Positions 9,834-19,858 of a DNA stretch of 44,826 bases are shown here, in pieces. This DNA is from Chthoniobacteraceae bacterium (GTDB lineage Bacteria > Verrucomicrobiota > Verrucomicrobiia > Chthoniobacterales > Chthoniobacteraceae). Each line of letters begins with the position of its first letter. The first letter of the stretch is position 1. Made by a program: the position numbers and the translations under genes. A model generated the notes under the pieces. It did not search any database, was not told the DNA's origin, and worked only from the letters and a program-made list of their open reading frames with translations. The DNA lies in NCBI GenBank assembly GCA_031409335.1, contig JANNWY010000310.1, positions 1 to 44,826 on the forward strand, given 5' to 3'.

Positions 9834-12422
9834 ATGCGTTTTCTTCTCTCGGCCCTTCTCCTCAGCAGCGCAGCGGTCTTTGCGCAAGTGCCGGACAATC
9901 TCGTTGCCGACGGCCTGCCGCCGATCCCGCCGGAATTGCGCGCGGATGCGGGGCGGTATCTGGAATTCCGCGCGGCGGCGATGCAGGGGTGGCATCCGCT
10001 GCGGCGGGAGATGCTGATCAGCACACGGTTTGCGGACACGGCACAGCTTCATCTCGTGAAGATGCCGGGAGGGGATCGCAAGCAGCTCACGTTCGGCGCG
10101 GAGCCGATTGCGGGTGCTTCGTTTCGGCCGAAAAGCGGAGATGCGATCGTCTTCGCGCAGGACACGGGCGGCGGGGAGTTTTACCAGCTTTACCGCTTCG
10201 ATCCCGCCGACGGGCGCGCGACGCTGCTGACGGATGGCAAGTCGCGAAACAGCGGGCCGCGCTGGACGCGGAGCGGGAAGCAATTTGCCTACACCTCCAC
10301 GCGACGCACGGGAAAGGACACGGACATTTTCACGATGAATCCGGGTGAGCCGAAGACCGACAAGCTCGTGCTGGAGCGGAGCGGCGGCGGGTGGAGCGTG
10401 AGCGATTGGAGCGAGGATGAGACGAAAATGCTGATCTCGGAATATGTGTCGGCGAATCTGAGTCATGTGCATTTGCTGGAGATCGGATCGGGGAAACTCA
10501 CGCCGCTCACGCCGGAGAAGGCGGTTCATGCGGGCGCGAAGTTTGCGCGCGATGGGAAGAGCATTTTTGTCGTGAGCGATGCGGGCTCGGAGTTCACGCA
10601 GCTCGTGCGGATCGAACTCGCGGGCGGCGCGCGGAAAGTTTTGAGCGCGGGGTTGAATTGGGATGTGGAGCAGTTCGATCTTTCGCCGGACGGCAAGACG
10701 ATCGCGTTTGTGACGAGCGAGGATGGCGCGAGCGTGATGCATCTGTTCAATGCGGGATGGAACTTCGAGCGGCCGCAGCCTAAAATTCCAGTGGGCGTGA
10801 TCGGTGGCATTGAGTGGCACGAGAACGGGCGCGATCTCGGCTTCACGCTCAGCTCGGCGCGGGCTTCGCGCGATGCGTATTCGCTGGATGTGACGACCGG
10901 CGCGGTGACGCGCTGGACGGAGAGTGAAACGGGCGGGCTCGATCCGGCGGCGTTTGCGGAGCCGGAGCTGGTGCGGTTCGCGAGCTTTGATGGGCAGAAC
11001 GTTTCCGCGTTTCTCTACCGACCCGATGCGAAGAAATTTCCGGGGCCGCGTCCGGTGATCGTGAACATCCACGGCGGGCCAGAAGGGCAGTCGCGACCCG
11101 ACTTTCTCGGGCGCAGCAATTACTACGCGAACGAACTTGGCTGCGCATTCATTTCCCCAAACGTGCGCGGCTCCGAGGGCTATGGAAAAACTTTCCTCGC
11201 GCTCGATAACGGATTTAAGCGCGAGGATTCCGTGCGCGACATCGGCGCGCTGCTCGACTGGATCGCGACGCAACCGGCGCTGGATGCAAAGAGCGTGTGC
11301 GTGATGGGCGGGAGCTACGGCGGCTACATGGTGCTCGCGAGCCTTGTCCATTTCAGCGACCGCCTGCGCTGCGGGATCGACATCGTCGGCATCTCGAATT
11401 TCGTGACCTTCCTGAAAAACACGCAGGACTACCGCCGCGATTTGCGCCGCGTGGAATACGGCGACGAGCGTGAACCGGCAATGGCCGAGCATCTCGCGAA
11501 AATTTCGCCGCTGAACAACGTCGCGAAAATCACGCGCCCGCTGTTCGTCGTGCAGGGGCAGAACGATCCTCGCGTGCCAGTGACGGAGGCGGATCAGATG
11601 GTGAAGGCGATCCGCGCGCGAGGCGGTGCGTGCTGGTATCTGCTCGCGAAGGATGAAGGCCACGGCTTTGCCAAAAAGAAGAACGCGGATTTTCAATTCC
11701 TCGCGCACATCCTTTTCCTCCGCGAGCACCTGCTGAAACCCGCGCCGCCAAAAGCCGCGGCGTTTGATTTCGACGACTTGCTGATCGTCCCACTGCGCAT
11801 CCATCTGCTCGCGTCGCAGGATACGCCCGCGCTGCACACGACGCTCACCGAGCAGGATCTCGCGCGCATTTTACCGAAGATGAATCGGGTGTGGGCGCAG
11901 GCGGGAATTCAGTTCCGCGTCGAATCGATCGTGCGCGAATCCGCGCTGCCGCTCGCCAACGCGGACGCCGAACTCCCCGCGCGCGTCCCGCCGGAAAGCC
12001 GGTCCAGCACAGCGTTTAACGTCTATTACGTGAAGCAACTCGATGTGAATGGCTTCTACATGCCGCGCGGGATTTTTGTGAAAGACACCGCCGCGCTGCG
12101 TCCGGTCGAGGGCGGAATCGACGAGCCGATCCCGCGCGTCACCTCGCACGAACTCGGCCACGCCCTCAGCCTGCCGCATCGCCAGGACACCACGAATCTG
12201 ATGGCGAGCGGCACGACCGGCACGCTGCTGAACGACGCCGAAATCCTGCGCACTCGCGAAGCCGCGCGGAAATTTCCGTGGATCGAATCCGCCGCCGCCG
12301 CGCTGAAACGCGCGGACGAATCGTTCGCCGCGGGTCGTGCGGAAGAGGCGCGCGCGATCTACGGCGCGCTGGCCAATTCGTCGGACGCGCCGGCCCGCGC
12401 AATCGAGCGGGCACGGGAGTAG
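9834..12422 (+). CDS. secreted S9 (prolyl oligopeptidase family) peptidase fused to a C-terminal zinc metallopeptidase domain
   Basis: signal peptide; beta-propeller; IHGGPE, GGSYGG, NDPRVP, DEGHGF; then HELGHALSLPH..NLM. Confidence 0.88.
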   Translation: MRFLLSALLLSSAAVFAQVPDNLVADGLPPIPPELRADAGRYLEFRAAAMQGWHPLRREMLISTRFADTAQLHLVKMPGGDRKQLTFGAEPIAGASFRPKSGDAIVFAQDTGGGEFYQLYRFDPADGRATLLTDGKSRNSGPRWTRSGKQFAYTSTRRTGKDTDIFTMNPGEPKTDKLVLERSGGGWSVSDWSEDETKMLISEYVSANLSHVHLLEIGSGKLTPLTPEKAVHAGAKFARDGKSIFVVSDAGSEFTQLVRIELAGGARKVLSAGLNWDVEQFDLSPDGKTIAFVTSEDGASVMHLFNAGWNFERPQPKIPVGVIGGIEWHENGRDLGFTLSSARASRDAYSLDVTTGAVTRWTESETGGLDPAAFAEPELVRFASFDGQNVSAFLYRPDAKKFPGPRPVIVNIHGGPEGQSRPDFLGRSNYYANELGCAFISPNVRGSEGYGKTFLALDNGFKREDSVRDIGALLDWIATQPALDAKSVCVMGGSYGGYMVLASLVHFSDRLRCGIDIVGISNFVTFLKNTQDYRRDLRRVEYGDEREPAMAEHLAKISPLNNVAKITRPLFVVQGQNDPRVPVTEADQMVKAIRARGGACWYLLAKDEGHGFAKKKNADFQFLAHILFLREHLLKPAPPKAAAFDFDDLLIVPLRIHLLASQDTPALHTTLTEQDLARILPKMNRVWAQAGIQFRVESIVRESALPLANADAELPARVPPESRSSTAFNVYYVKQLDVNGFYMPRGIFVKDTAALRPVEGGIDEPIPRVTSHELGHALSLPHRQDTTNLMASGTTGTLLNDAEILRTREAARKFPWIESAAAALKRADESFAAGRAEEARAIYGALANSSDAPARAIERARE

Positions 12423-12426
12423 CGCG

Positions 12427-13917
12427 ATGTTTGCCAAGCCGATTTCCAATATCACCGTGCTCGGCGGCGGCAGCGCGGGGCTGCTCGCGGCGCTCACGCT
12501 GCGGCGGCGGCTGCCCGCGCTCGAGGTGCGGGTGGTGCGCAGCGCGGAGATCGGCACGATCGGCGTGGGCGAGGGCACGACGCTGGTTTTCCCCGAGCAT
12601 CTGTTTCAATATCTCGGACTCAACCAGGCGGATTTTTTTACCATCGCGCAGCCGACCTGGAAGCTCGGCCTGCGGTTTTTCTGGGGGCCGCGCGAGCAGT
12701 TCTTCTACACCTTCACGAATCAGTTCGACGCGCGCCTCACGGATCTGCCACTCGGCCACGGATTCTATTGCGACGAATCGTGCGACGACAGCGAACCGGT
12801 CTGCGCGCTTGCCGCGCGCGACCGTTGCTTTCCCAACAATGGCGCGGGCTTTCCGCGCATTGCTCCTGGCTCATTCGGTTTTCACATCGAGAATCGGAAA
12901 CTCATCACGTTTCTCGAAGCCGCGTGTCGCGCGGTCGGCGTTCAGATTACCGATGCGACGATCGCGCGCGTCGAGACGGGCGAGGAAGGGGTGATCGCGC
13001 TGGTCGCGGAAAGTGGTGAGCGGATCGCGGCGGATTTGTTCGTGGATGCGAGCGGTTTCCGCGCGGAGCTGATCGGCGGCGCGCTGGGTGAGCCGTGGGT
13101 GGATTTCAGCCGCGCGCTGTTCACCGACCGTGCGGTGATCGGTGGCTGGGAGCGGACCACGGAGCCGATCCTGCCTTACACCACGGCGGAGACGATGGAC
13201 GCGGGCTGGGCGTGGCAGATCGAGCACGAGCACTTCATCAATCGCGGCTACGTCCACGCGTCGTCGGAGATTTCCGACGATGCCGCGCGCGATGAGCTGG
13301 TGCGCAAGAATCCGAAAATCGGCGGGACGCGCGTGGTGAAATTTCGCAGCGGGCGGTTTGCGCGGCACTTCGTGAAGAACGTCGTGGCGGTCGGCAATTC
13401 GAGCGGTTTCGTGGAGCCGCTCGAGGCGACCGCGCTCGCGCAGCTCGTGCTCGAACTTCGCAATCTCGTCGATGTGCTGGTCGATACGCGGCTGCAACCG
13501 ACCGCGTCGATGGTGGCGCTGTACAATCGCGGCATCGCCCAAGCGTGGGATGCGATCCGCGATTTTCTGGCGATGCACTACCGCTACAACACGCGCCTCG
13601 ACACGCCATTCTGGCAGCGGTGTCGCGCGGAGACGGACATCGGAAATCTCGGGGAGTTCCTCGCGTTTTTTGAGGAGAACGGCCCGAGCGGCATGGCGCG
13701 GCGCACGCTCCCGCCAGGCGCGGAACTTTTCGACCTGCAGGGCTACCTCGCACTGCTGATCGGGATGCGCGTGCCGTATCGCGGCAGCGATCGCGCGAGC
13801 GCGAATGAGCGGCGCATCTGGGCGGAATTCACCGCGCGAAATGGTGCCGCCGCCGCCCGCGGGCTGACCGTCGCGCAATGCCTCGCGGCGATCCGGAATC
13901 CGGCTTGGCAGTGGTAG
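12427..13917 (+). CDS. tryptophan halogenase family flavin-dependent halogenase
   Basis: GGGSAG, IGVGEGT, TWKLG, DASGFR, GWAWQIE, FVEPLEAT. Confidence 0.88.
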   Translation: MFAKPISNITVLGGGSAGLLAALTLRRRLPALEVRVVRSAEIGTIGVGEGTTLVFPEHLFQYLGLNQADFFTIAQPTWKLGLRFFWGPREQFFYTFTNQFDARLTDLPLGHGFYCDESCDDSEPVCALAARDRCFPNNGAGFPRIAPGSFGFHIENRKLITFLEAACRAVGVQITDATIARVETGEEGVIALVAESGERIAADLFVDASGFRAELIGGALGEPWVDFSRALFTDRAVIGGWERTTEPILPYTTAETMDAGWAWQIEHEHFINRGYVHASSEISDDAARDELVRKNPKIGGTRVVKFRSGRFARHFVKNVVAVGNSSGFVEPLEATALAQLVLELRNLVDVLVDTRLQPTASMVALYNRGIAQAWDAIRDFLAMHYRYNTRLDTPFWQRCRAETDIGNLGEFLAFFEENGPSGMARRTLPPGAELFDLQGYLALLIGMRVPYRGSDRASANERRIWAEFTARNGAAAARGLTVAQCLAAIRNPAWQW

Positions 13918-13966
13918 CGGAAAAATCCGCCGCCGCCGCGATGGGATTTTCAGATGCACCAGCCTC

Positions 13967-16510
13967 TCAAGGCTGCGGCGCGGTGGCTGTGCCGAGGGTC
14001 ACGGAGAGCGTGACGGTGTTCGTTTCCTCGTGCGCGGGCGTGGCGCTGTCTTCGGCGCGGACGCGGAAATAGTGCGTGCCGTCCGCGAGTCCGGTGATCG
14101 TGATTTTGTTTGCGAAGGCGGTCGTCGGATCGGTCGCCCAGCCGTCGCCAATTTGGAATGCGACGGCGCTGTATTTTTGCGGATTCGCAAAACCCGGATT
14201 GGTGCTGCGGTACACGTTGTATTTCACCGGCGGCGTCTGATCGCGCGCAACGTCCCAGTGAATGACGGCGGTGCCAGGCTCGGTGCCGGGGATGGCGCTT
14301 TGGATGCCGATGCGATCCGGCACGTCGTTCGGTGAAAAGGGCGGCGAGCCGGTGCTGTCCCAGACGGGCGCGGCGGTGTCCGGCGGTGGCGGATTGTCGC
14401 GCACGTAGGTGCCGAGCGTCTGGAGCAGCGCGTCCGGTGAGAGATAGCTGGCCCAGCCGTTTTGCACGGCGGATTCGTTCACGGCCTGCGCGTAGAGCGC
14501 CGGGTTGCGATTCATTTGGTAATCGAGCGAAAGCACGGTGAAGCCGTCCGGGCGGTTGGCTTCCGCGATTAGTTTCTGCGCGAAATTATGTTTGTTGTCG
14601 CCGAAGGACGGCTGCGCGCCGGGGTTCCCGGCATTCGTGTCGAGAAAGTAGCTTTCAAAAAGCAGCGCGTGGATGAACGGGCGGATCGTGTAGTCGTACG
14701 GGCGGATGTTGTAAGTCGGATTGACGAGGCCGGGATTGAAGAAAAACACGCCGCGATTCGCGTAGATGATTTTTGCCGGATAACGCTCGCGCGCGAACTG
14801 GACGGTGTCGCGCATCGCGGGTGCGGTCCATGCGTAGTAGCCCGCGACATTTGCGTACGGAGCGGCGGTGTCGAGGGTGTCGAGAAAGAAGCCGTCGAAG
14901 CCGAAATTGTGCGAGCGATCGGTGTCGGTATCGCTCGATCGGCGACCCGCGAGTTGCGCGAAACCGGCGACGCTGCGGGTCGCGCCATTGATGCGCTGCG
15001 CGTCGAGTTGCGCGCGCCATTCGGCGTTCGGATTTACATAACGACTGCCGAAGACGCCGTTCACATCCGGCAGTCCGTCGCTGACGTAAGCCGTGCCATT
15101 CCACGCCTGGTCCAAGTAGTAGGAAGCGACGCCCTGATTTCCCGAAACGATCGCGCCGCCCGCGTAGCGCACCGGCCCGGAACCATCTCCCACGCTGATC
15201 GCAACGTAGTCCGGATCCTCGCCGATGCTGACGTAGCCGATCACGTATTTCACCCCGCGCCGCTGCAGCTCCGCGACGACGGCGGGTGTGCATGTCCCGA
15301 CGTTTGGCTCGAGCACCACGACATCGAATTGCGCGAGCAGCGCGAGATTCGCCGGGCTGAAATCCCCGCCGTAATAAAAGCAGTGACGCGAGTTCGCGGT
15401 GATGTCGGGAAGGCGCGTCGCGGCTGGTGGCGGCCCGGGCGGCGTGGTTTCGAGCCGGGTTTCGGCGCGGAGGAAAAGTGCGGACGGGGAAAACGGCGCA
15501 TCGAGCGTGAATGCACCGCCGGAGGAAGCGACGACGCCGGTCGCGGGCCGCCAGCGGAGTTGCGTGCCGGGGAGCGCGGAGGACCATTCGTAGCGACGCG
15601 TGAGGCCCGCATAGCCGGTGCCCACGGCGGGGCGGTCGTTTGCGGAGGCGCGGAGTTGCGCGCCGTTGCGCGAGATCGTGGCGCGGAAATTTTCCACGGG
15701 ATTTACCGGCGAGGAACCGGCGAGATATTCCGAAAGATCGGATGAGCCGTCGCGGTCGAAATCCGTCGTCGCATTCGCGGTCGTCAGATTTCCAAAGCGC
15801 GCATTTTCCCAAACGTCCGGCAAGCCATCGCCATCGCTGTCCGCCGGGGCGGCGGTGTACGTGACGACGAGCGCGGGCCGGGAACCGGCGGTACCTTCCG
15901 CGCTGATGAAACGCTTCGCGGAAAGCGCGGTTTCGCTGTCTTTCAAAATCCAGCCGAAATTTGTCGCGGGAGCGTTCACCCAATTCTGCACGTCGGCGAT
16001 CATCTGAGCCGAAGTCCATTGGTAGGAACCGACCGCATCCACACTCGTCGTCGCGGACGCCGTGGCGGAGAAGGTGCCGCCGGGCGTACTCCACGCCGTG
16101 CCCGGAAAAATCGCGAGCGTCCACGTGACATCACCCGCCTGCGCGGTCGTGCCGCTGCCTCCAGGCGAACCAGCGTTCGACGCGCCCTCGCCCCAATCCG
16201 CGAGCAGACGATGGAGCGAAAAATCGGACGCGCCCGAAATGGAGCGATCCATCACCAGCGTCAGCGTGGCACCGGTGATCGTCGATCCGGCAGGGATCGC
16301 GGTGAAATCAAAACCCAGGAGCGCGCGCCGCAGATTGTCCTGCGCATTGCGACCCGCGAAAAGGAACGATCCCTGTCCGTTGCTGAGCTGGGTAAACGAA
16401 TCCGAGTAGATCGTGTTATCTTCCACTGCATCGAGAGTGACGGTGAGGGCGGGAGCGGTGAGGGCGGTGAAGCCGAGCAATGCGGCGACGACAAGGGCGG
16501 TTGTTTTCAT
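13967..16510 (-). CDS. secreted modular protein: DNRLRE-like domain, Ca-binding repeat, GH114/PelA-like hydrolase, FN3-like domain
   Basis: signal peptide MKTTALVVAALLG; EDNTIY..RRALLGFD..ITGATLTL; DSDGDGLPDVWE; FYYG..FDVVVLEP..GYVSIGED..GFDGFFLDTLD..NRG..FES; YFRVRAED. Confidence 0.75.
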   Translation of the reverse strand: MKTTALVVAALLGFTALTAPALTVTLDAVEDNTIYSDSFTQLSNGQGSFLFAGRNAQDNLRRALLGFDFTAIPAGSTITGATLTLVMDRSISGASDFSLHRLLADWGEGASNAGSPGGSGTTAQAGDVTWTLAIFPGTAWSTPGGTFSATASATTSVDAVGSYQWTSAQMIADVQNWVNAPATNFGWILKDSETALSAKRFISAEGTAGSRPALVVTYTAAPADSDGDGLPDVWENARFGNLTTANATTDFDRDGSSDLSEYLAGSSPVNPVENFRATISRNGAQLRASANDRPAVGTGYAGLTRRYEWSSALPGTQLRWRPATGVVASSGGAFTLDAPFSPSALFLRAETRLETTPPGPPPAATRLPDITANSRHCFYYGGDFSPANLALLAQFDVVVLEPNVGTCTPAVVAELQRRGVKYVIGYVSIGEDPDYVAISVGDGSGPVRYAGGAIVSGNQGVASYYLDQAWNGTAYVSDGLPDVNGVFGSRYVNPNAEWRAQLDAQRINGATRSVAGFAQLAGRRSSDTDTDRSHNFGFDGFFLDTLDTAAPYANVAGYYAWTAPAMRDTVQFARERYPAKIIYANRGVFFFNPGLVNPTYNIRPYDYTIRPFIHALLFESYFLDTNAGNPGAQPSFGDNKHNFAQKLIAEANRPDGFTVLSLDYQMNRNPALYAQAVNESAVQNGWASYLSPDALLQTLGTYVRDNPPPPDTAAPVWDSTGSPPFSPNDVPDRIGIQSAIPGTEPGTAVIHWDVARDQTPPVKYNVYRSTNPGFANPQKYSAVAFQIGDGWATDPTTAFANKITITGLADGTHYFRVRAEDSATPAHEETNTVTLSVTLGTATAPQP

Positions 16511-16632
16511 GGTGGGGCGCGTGAGCGGGAAATATCCGGCAGGATCTTTCAACGACAAGTAGAACGAAGTGAAGTCGCCGCGCCGGTGCCGTTGCGCGCG
16601 ATGTGGAAAAGCGCGGACGGTCGCGCCGCGCG

Positions 16633-18948
16633 TCAATCGGCGAACAGCGTGGATGAAGTCACCGCGAAACCATCCGGGAAAAAGCGGTCGCGCGGGCGCG
16701 GGGGCTTGAACCATTCGAGGGCGTTCGCGCCGGGAAGGGCGCGCGACGTTTCCACGGGAATCTGCAACGTGCCGCGCAGGCTGCCGCGACTGGCGTAGAG
16801 CGCGGCATAGAGCGGGAAGGATTGATCGGCGTGCAAAAATGTGGCGCTCGAAAATGCGGCGCCGTCGGCGAGTCTGCCGCGGACGATCACGCTGCCGCCA
16901 GGAGTGATCCTGACGCTGCCTGCGCCCGCTTCAGCCGGTGTGCCGGGGGTGCCGTCGGGCGCGATTTGGATCGCGTATTTTCCGGCGATCGTTCGATCCG
17001 CGGTGCATTTTGCGAGCGTCAGTTCCGAGCTGAATGGCGCGGTGCCATCGGTCGAGGTCGCGGTGCCGGTGATGGTCTGCGTTTCACCATCGACGTGCAG
17101 CGTGAGCGTGACTGGCTCGCGTCCGCGGCGCTGAAATTGGCGCACGAAATTTCCGCCGCTGTCCACGCGGCCCGCAAACGCGAAGCGACGCGCGCTGGCC
17201 TGGCGCGATGGAATCAGCCGGGCTCCGCCAAAGGTGAGCGCCCCGGTGAGCCCGCCCGTCTTTGACAGCGACACGCGCAAGTGGCCGCTCTCGCTGTGAC
17301 GCTGCGCGCCGGTGCCGGCTGGGTCGGCTGCGATGAGTCCGTCGTAGTGGCCGGCGAAGGCGGCGATGTTGTCGATCGTGACGGTGCCGCTGCCGCTGCC
17401 GCCCTGGCCGTCGTCGTAGCGGTAGGTGAAGGAGTCGCCCGCCAGTGGCAGCGCGCCGCGCGGGGTGTAGCGGACTTTTCCGCCGACGATGCGCACTTTG
17501 CCGTGACGCGGCAGCGTGTCGAAGCTGATGCCGGTGGTGGCGCGATTGATGCCGGGATCGTTCGCCAGCACGTCGATGTCGATCGGGGTATTTCGCGTGG
17601 TGAATCCGGCGTCGTCCTGGGGCGGCGGGGGGATCCCCGCGCCGGTGAGCGCGATGTCGAAAGTGCCTTCGTCCGCATCGTCGCTGAGGACGCGCAGCGT
17701 GGTCGTGCGCGCGCCTGCTTCGGCTGGGGTGAAGGCGATGGTGAAGGTGGTCGCGCCCGCGACCGGCACGTCGCCGATCATGCCGACGGTCGTGACTTTG
17801 AAGTCGTCCGCATTGCCACCGCTCACGCTCACCCCGGTGATGTGGAGCGGCGCGCCGCCGGAGTTTCTGATGGTGAAAGTCGTCGCCGCGCCAGTCGTGG
17901 CGATGGATTGAGGAATGAATGCGACCGTGGAATTGCGCAGCGCGACCGTGTAAAACTCTCCCGCTGCTACTCCCTCGATTCCGGTCAGCCCGGCGGGCAC
18001 GTTCGTCTGAGCTTCGAAGCTCCGGCCCCATGCGACGACGGAGCCATCGGTCTTCAGCGCTGCCGCGTGATAACCGCCGGCTGAAATCGCCTGCACTCCG
18101 GTTTGTGCCGCGGACGGGACATTTGACTGGCCGTCAAAGCTCCGTCCCCAAGTTACGATCGAGCCATCGGTCTTGAGCGCGACGGTGTGAAATCCGCCCG
18201 ACGCGATCGCTTTCACGCCACTCTGCGCCTCGGCGGGCACGTCCGTCTGACCGTGAATGTTCCAGCCCCAGGCGATCACGGAACCGTCGGTCTTCAGCGC
18301 CACCGTGTGCGCATCCCCCGTCGCGATCGCGCGCACCCCGCTTTGCGCTTCCGCCGGCACATTCGTCTGGCCGTGTTCATTGCCGCCCCACGCGACGACC
18401 GAGCCATCGCCTTTCAGCGCGACGGTGTGAGTGTAGCCAGCCGCGATCGCCTGCACTCCGCTCCGCGCCGCCAGCGGCACGGTCGCCTTGCCAAAGTCAT
18501 TGTTTCCCCACGCGACGATGGTGCCGTCGGTTTTGAGCGCCAGGGTGTGATTGAACCCGGCGGCAACGGCGCGCACGCCGCCCTGAGCCGAAAACGGCAC
18601 GGTCGCCTGGCCGCGATCGTTCCAGCCCCACGCCACGATGGAGCCGTCGCCCTTCAGCGCCACCGCATGCGCGTAGCCAGCCGCGATCGCCCGCACGTCG
18701 TTCAATCCCGGCGGCGCCTCGGTTTGCCCGTGCAAATCGGAGCCCCACGCGACCACGCCGCCCCGGGCGATGTCCCCCTGCGGCCCGGCGACCTCGATCT
18801 CCGGCCCTGCCGCGAAGGCGGACGATCTTGCCAGGAACGCGGCAAGCACCCCGACGCCAAAGCGCCGGAACCAGAACGAAACTGGGCCGTTCGCGGCAAG
18901 CGGGGGCTTTGCAGGAGGAAAAAGAGCTTCGACACAACGGGCCTTCAT
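16633..18948 (-). CDS. secreted RCC1-repeat protein with Ig-like (choice-of-anchor D/Big-type) domains
   Basis: about seven AIAAGxxHxVALKxDGSVVAWGxNxxGQ repeats; FTIRNSG..LRVLSDDADEGTFDIALTG; IDVLANDP..DSFTY; start codon uncertain. Confidence 0.85.
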   Translation of the reverse strand: MKARCVEALFPPAKPPLAANGPVSFWFRRFGVGVLAAFLARSSAFAAGPEIEVAGPQGDIARGGVVAWGSDLHGQTEAPPGLNDVRAIAAGYAHAVALKGDGSIVAWGWNDRGQATVPFSAQGGVRAVAAGFNHTLALKTDGTIVAWGNNDFGKATVPLAARSGVQAIAAGYTHTVALKGDGSVVAWGGNEHGQTNVPAEAQSGVRAIATGDAHTVALKTDGSVIAWGWNIHGQTDVPAEAQSGVKAIASGGFHTVALKTDGSIVTWGRSFDGQSNVPSAAQTGVQAISAGGYHAAALKTDGSVVAWGRSFEAQTNVPAGLTGIEGVAAGEFYTVALRNSTVAFIPQSIATTGAATTFTIRNSGGAPLHITGVSVSGGNADDFKVTTVGMIGDVPVAGATTFTIAFTPAEAGARTTTLRVLSDDADEGTFDIALTGAGIPPPPQDDAGFTTRNTPIDIDVLANDPGINRATTGISFDTLPRHGKVRIVGGKVRYTPRGALPLAGDSFTYRYDDGQGGSGSGTVTIDNIAAFAGHYDGLIAADPAGTGAQRHSESGHLRVSLSKTGGLTGALTFGGARLIPSRQASARRFAFAGRVDSGGNFVRQFQRRGREPVTLTLHVDGETQTITGTATSTDGTAPFSSELTLAKCTADRTIAGKYAIQIAPDGTPGTPAEAGAGSVRITPGGSVIVRGRLADGAAFSSATFLHADQSFPLYAALYASRGSLRGTLQIPVETSRALPGANALEWFKPPRPRDRFFPDGFAVTSSTLFAD

Positions 18949-19098
18949 GATGAGGCCCCGTAGCGAGCAGCCTCCATTCCGCGATTCTAGTAATTATGGA
19001 AATAGAAATTTCACACCTTCGCCTTCCGCGAGAATCACCCCCTCAATTCAGACCATCACCACGATTCAGGCCCGCGCGCCGCGCGGGCGGACCGACCG

Positions 19099-19758
19099 TC
19101 AGACCTTTTCCTTAAACGGCTCGAAGCCTAGCTCGAAAAGATTCGCCGCGTTTTCCATCATCGTCGGCAGCGACCCGAGAAACGAATCCCACTCCTGGCT
19201 GTTGTGAAACTGCGTGTCCCAGCCGCAGAAGACGGCGTCCGGCACCACGTTCGACGGCTCGATGAGAACGCGGATTTCCTTTTCCCAATCGAAGATCCGC
19301 ACGTAACCCAGCGCAGCCGCTTTCGTGACCAGCGCATTGTGCGAAAACTGGCTGATCCACTGATCGCGCTCCTCGACCGACGGAAAGCGCGCGTGGACGT
19401 GCGCGGCGAGCGTGGTCACGGTTTTCGGATTGAAATCCATGATCGTGTAAAAATGCGTGAGCGCCTGCAGGATGATGCTCCAATCGCCCGCGGTGCGCGC
19501 GTTGCGGATGCCGAGTTTCACGCGATCGGCGGTGCGCGTGAGCGTGCCATTGTCGCCGAAGAAACTGGCGTGCATTTCGTAGCCGAAAAGGTCATCCCAG
19601 CGTTTCATGCGAATCTGGTCCGGGCGCAGATTGATGCCGTGGACGCTGTCGCAAAGCTGCGCGCCAAACTCTTCCAGCCGCGCCTGGGAAAAGCCGAGCG
19701 GCGTGAGGAACGGCACATCGATATGCACGCCGAAGACTTCGATGGGGATGATTTCCAT
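19099..19758 (-). CDS. uncharacterised 219-aa protein, homologue of 7134-7790
   Basis: ATG at 19758 gives a protein colinear with 7134-7790 (shared LRPDQ, ASF.G.N, ART..D, ALGYV, RV.IEPS). Confidence 0.82.
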   Translation of the reverse strand: MEIIPIEVFGVHIDVPFLTPLGFSQARLEEFGAQLCDSVHGINLRPDQIRMKRWDDLFGYEMHASFFGDNGTLTRTADRVKLGIRNARTAGDWSIILQALTHFYTIMDFNPKTVTTLAAHVHARFPSVEERDQWISQFSHNALVTKAAALGYVRIFDWEKEIRVLIEPSNVVPDAVFCGWDTQFHNSQEWDSFLGSLPTMMENAANLFELGFEPFKEKV

Positions 19759-19858
19759 GAGCCGGGAAACTAGGCAGGCGGGAGCCGCGTTGGCACGCGG
19801 AATCTGCAAACCCTGCCGATGGCGCGTCCCGCTTGCCATGGCAACACAAGGCATCCGC

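Noticed and set aside
9120..11837. 905-aa antisense ORF and similar long shadow ORFs
   Set aside because: Antisense to well-supported genes, no motifs; expected in high-GC DNA
17950..18760. Periodic DNA repeats (about 120 nt) that could suggest a CRISPR array
   Set aside because: They are in-frame RCC1 protein repeats with synonymous variation and no repeat-spacer structure
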